A stretch of DNA of 39,429 nucleotides from Candidatus Thorarchaeota archaeon (GTDB lineage: Archaea > Asgardarchaeota > Thorarchaeia > Thorarchaeales > Thorarchaeaceae). The position numbers and the translations under genes are program-made. This document shows, piece after piece, positions 36,533 to 39,429 of the stretch. Under the pieces are notes generated by a model. It was not told the origin of the DNA, ran no database searches, and saw only the letters and a list, made by a program, of their open reading frames with translations. The stretch lies in assembly GCA_046758445.1 (NCBI GenBank), contig JBHIAE010000026.1, positions 1-39,429 on the forward strand. Direction: 5' to 3'. Within the stretch, counting starts at the first letter, position 1, and the number at the start of each line of letters is the position of its first letter.

Positions 36533-39220
36533 ATGGAGATGTCGGCCCGAAGCAGGAAGGACGAGAGCCTATCAGAGCTTCAGCAGCAACTAAAGGCACT
36601 TGGTAATCGATATGCTGTGGAGATCCTTCAAGTATTGAGCCCAAAGACAGGAGAGATTATCACTAGCGTCGGATGGGATGGCATAGTTGATGGCGTACTA
36701 GAGCTCCAAGGAATGAGAAGACCTGAGAGCAGACCAGGCAATGAGAAGACTCAGGATGAGGCAGAATACGAGAAACAGCGCAAGAGGTTCGTGTCTGGTG
36801 GAACACTGTATGAAACAATGAACAAACTGATCCAGGTCGACTTTGTGACGGCTCACGGTGAGAGAGGAAGGAAGAATCGCAAGTTCACAATAACTCATGA
36901 TGGCCGTCTGGCACTTACGGCGATAGGAGGCATGCGAGGACCGACTGCCGCAGATACGGAGATTCGCAGAGCCGCTAAGACACTACTAAAGCACAAGAAC
37001 TTCACACAACTGTTGCCTGCTCAGGAGAAATTCTTGGAGGAAGTCGGGGAGGTCGAAGGGAACCTAGTGATTCAGATGCCTCCAGGATCAGGAAAGACCT
37101 TCCTTGCCATGATCGTGATTCTGATTCGTCTTCAACGAGGGATCAAATGCCTCTATTTGACACCATACACTTCGTTGAACACCCAGGTGATTGACGAGTA
37201 TGCTGAGCTTTTCGAGAAGATGGGATACGGCGTAGTTAGGCATGACGGAAGACATCGAGCTACTGAAGCCGAACTAGGGAGTTCATCTCTCGTAGTAGGT
37301 GTCTTGGAGTCTGTCCTGTCATCCGTTCTACAGAGGAAGGCCTGGACAGAAGAAATCGGCCTCGTGATAGTTGACGAACTCACAGAGCTGGACTCAGCAT
37401 TGATACGCAAAGAGCCTCAAAGTCTGGGGACAGACAGAAGCACGAAGCTGGATTGCCTCATAACCCAACTCCTGCAGAGTACTCAGATAATCACCTTGTC
37501 CTCAAGGTTCGGCCAGACAGAAGAAGTGGCAAGGTGGCTGGATGCCCAAGTGTTCCGACCAAGAGTACGACTAGCACCGGATGAATTCATTGTCACAAAG
37601 GATGATGACTTTGCTATCATTCAGAGTAGTGACGGTACACAACATGCTCGAACATCGAATGAAGACTTGCTCGATGCTATACTAGAACACATGGGTGAGT
37701 ATCAGGAGAACTCAGCTCTCATCGTCGTGGGAACACGAGATACGGCTGAGGGAATAGCATCTAATCTGGCAATGACTTACCCCAGACCTATCTCAAAGGA
37801 TATTGTATCAATGATTCTAGGCCCGGAGAAGGGATTGCCAGTCACGGCCCGACTTGAGAAGCCGCTCATAAACGGCGTGGCATTTCATCATGCAGGTCTC
37901 GACGCGGCAGTCCGCGAGAGGTTAGAGAGGAGCATAAAGATTGGTGCTGTGAAGACCGTGGTTTCTACCACCGGAATCACGTCGGGCATGAGTTTTCCAT
38001 TTGACTGTGTGATAATCTTGTTTGGTTCTGGGATGTATTTCTCTATGGCGAGATCTAGATATCTACAGATAGCCGGCCGCATTGGTGAATACTACCTGGC
38101 TCGAAATGGTGGCCGCGTGTATCTAGCGTACGATGGCCCGACCATGCAGTTTAGAAGTTTGGATGAGTTAGAAGAAGTACTACTCCATCGTCCTCTTGAG
38201 CCGCTCCGACCTGGAGAACTCCATCCTTCGCTTGTTGCAAGTCTTTTGATGAAGGAGGCAGTAAGAGGAAGGGGCTTCACTCAAGAGACTGCTGAAGCAA
38301 GATTCCTCAAGCTGGCTGAGAACACATTCAGAGGTTCGGTTGATGCCAAATACAGAGAGCACATGAAGCAGATGTTCTTGGGCCTCTTTCAGTGGTTGGT
38401 GAAGAACGCAGTTCTGGAGAGGAGTGACAGGAAATTCAGAATCAGCAAAGAGGCAAAGGCAGCAGTTTCTTCCGGTATTAACATAATCGAGTACGTTGCT
38501 ATTCAGGATTCACTCTCATCACTACAGCCCAGTTCAGATGAATCCGAGCTTGTTGATCTTCTTCTGAGATTCAGTCTGCCCCAGACTATCAGACCTAGGG
38601 CCCTGATTCCAACTGACATAGAACTGAGTCTTGCCAATCTTGACTCTCCGGATCAACGATATCGAGAGTTCAAGCATGGGCGTGACCATTTCAAGAAACT
38701 AGTACTGCAGGGTTGGTTAGATGAGATGAGCGTCAAGGACGCAATTGAGCATTCAGAGGCAATCTCAAGAGAGGCTCTTGAAGGCAGACGTCCTGTCAGC
38801 AGTGACATTGGAGAGGGGGACCTTGAGGCACTTGTAGGAATATGCAGCAACATTGCATGGAGTATCTGTGGCTTCTTGAAAGCAACGAGACGTCGGAGTC
38901 TATCTCGTCGTTTCGAAGCGTTCAGCAGACAGCTTAGGCACGGCGTCAAGATGGACCTTGCGACGACTGACCTATTTGATTTGAACATCCCCGTGAAGGA
39001 TGATGCGGCGTCAAGATGCTTGTCAAGATTAGAGGCTAGAACTCTGTTTGACAGTGGATATAAATCTGTCAACGAGATTGTAAGAAAGGATATTGATGCC
39101 AAGAAATCAGGATTCGCCAGAGACCGCTTTGCCAGAAACTCAGGACTCGAACTGGAAACAGCCAAGGAGATATACAAAGCGGCACTGAGCCATGTCAAAT
39201 CGAAGCTCGATGAGGATTAG
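36533..39220 (+). CDS. Ski2/Hel308-like SF2 helicase with N-terminal winged helix-turn-helix
   Basis: wHTH (LKALGNRYAVEIL...TLYETMNKL...FTITHDG); Q motif LLPAQ; PPGSGKT; IVDELT; GVAFHHAGL; QIAGRIG; HhH-like EARTLFDSGYKS; start 36533/36539 preferred over 36482. Confidence 0.85.
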   Translation: MEMSARSRKDESLSELQQQLKALGNRYAVEILQVLSPKTGEIITSVGWDGIVDGVLELQGMRRPESRPGNEKTQDEAEYEKQRKRFVSGGTLYETMNKLIQVDFVTAHGERGRKNRKFTITHDGRLALTAIGGMRGPTAADTEIRRAAKTLLKHKNFTQLLPAQEKFLEEVGEVEGNLVIQMPPGSGKTFLAMIVILIRLQRGIKCLYLTPYTSLNTQVIDEYAELFEKMGYGVVRHDGRHRATEAELGSSSLVVGVLESVLSSVLQRKAWTEEIGLVIVDELTELDSALIRKEPQSLGTDRSTKLDCLITQLLQSTQIITLSSRFGQTEEVARWLDAQVFRPRVRLAPDEFIVTKDDDFAIIQSSDGTQHARTSNEDLLDAILEHMGEYQENSALIVVGTRDTAEGIASNLAMTYPRPISKDIVSMILGPEKGLPVTARLEKPLINGVAFHHAGLDAAVRERLERSIKIGAVKTVVSTTGITSGMSFPFDCVIILFGSGMYFSMARSRYLQIAGRIGEYYLARNGGRVYLAYDGPTMQFRSLDELEEVLLHRPLEPLRPGELHPSLVASLLMKEAVRGRGFTQETAEARFLKLAENTFRGSVDAKYREHMKQMFLGLFQWLVKNAVLERSDRKFRISKEAKAAVSSGINIIEYVAIQDSLSSLQPSSDESELVDLLLRFSLPQTIRPRALIPTDIELSLANLDSPDQRYREFKHGRDHFKKLVLQGWLDEMSVKDAIEHSEAISREALEGRRPVSSDIGEGDLEALVGICSNIAWSICGFLKATRRRSLSRRFEAFSRQLRHGVKMDLATTDLFDLNIPVKDDAASRCLSRLEARTLFDSGYKSVNEIVRKDIDAKKSGFARDRFARNSGLELETAKEIYKAALSHVKSKLDED

Positions 39221-39429
39221 GCCTGGCTCTTGCCGAAGTCCCATAGAGCATCATTGACGTGATGTTTTGACATTATGACCTTCCCACTGGTGGCTGCTCG
39301 GATTTCCTCCGAGGACATCTTAGAGATTCCGACCGCAAGTGGCTTGCCGTGTCTTTCATCGACAATTGCTACAACTGAGCCTTGGACAATTCCATCATCA
39401 ATCTTTGTGACTCCAGGCCGCATTATGTC
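39217..39429 (-). CDS. PUA domain RNA-binding protein (MCT-1/Tma20-like), 3' part only
   Basis: DIMRPGV...VAIVDERHGKPLAVG...GKVI...HHVNDALW; frame open to the window edge. Confidence 0.88.
   Translation of the reverse strand, partial: DIMRPGVTKIDDGIVQGSVVAIVDERHGKPLAVGISKMSSEEIRAATSGKVIMSKHHVNDALWDFGKSQA

Noticed and set aside
57-39198. Many short ORFs in the track overlapping larger genes (e.g. 1877..2407 +, 2742..3191 +, 19027..19512 -, 38653..39198 -)
   Set aside because: Antisense or alternate-frame shadows of well-supported genes, with no recognisable motifs
36533-39220. Anti-phage defence helicase (Hachiman HamB-like)
   Set aside because: No partner nuclease or defence-island context; neighbours are housekeeping genes and the C-terminus is Hel308-like
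1-39429. CRISPR array or rRNA
   Set aside because: No regularly spaced repeats, and no non-coding gap long enough for an array or a large rRNA; no 5S-like sequence recognised

Overview
Gene-dense archaeal chromosome segment, most likely from an Asgard archaeon (Thorarchaeia-like; inferred from eL38 + SepF + Alba + Rpo4 + PAC2 + 24-aa 'IDLSPL' LRRs, not from a database search). From ~10.5 kb onward it is mostly housekeeping: HD protein, CyaB, ThrC, Nop2/NSUN, Nip7-like, PAC2, SucCD, eL40, intron-containing tRNA-Val(CAC), eL38, two beta-CASP nucleases, Alba, NusA-like, TruD, Pth2, GGR, Pus10, eL21, Rpo4, DUF655, KsgA, HemK2, FKBP, PsmB, SepF and a PUA protein. Three things stand out. (1) A 10.3-kb minus-strand MoxR/DUF58(vWA)/DUF4350/DUF4129 operon is headed by a 2049-aa doubly membrane-anchored protein. 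Its transglutaminase domain has lost all three catalytic residues and is followed by ~14 Ig-like repeats and a cytoplasmic DUF4129 domain that is also encoded as a free paralog. (2) There are two divergent Hel308/Ski2-like paralogs: an ATPase-dead pseudo-helicase with a SWIM zinc finger inserted in its winged-helix region, and a wHTH-fused helicase with altered motifs II and VI. (3) A decaying patch surrounds the tRNA: a GNAT gene split by a TAA lying between 12-bp direct repeats, and a frameshifted LRR remnant. No CRISPR array, rRNA, transposase or integrase was seen.
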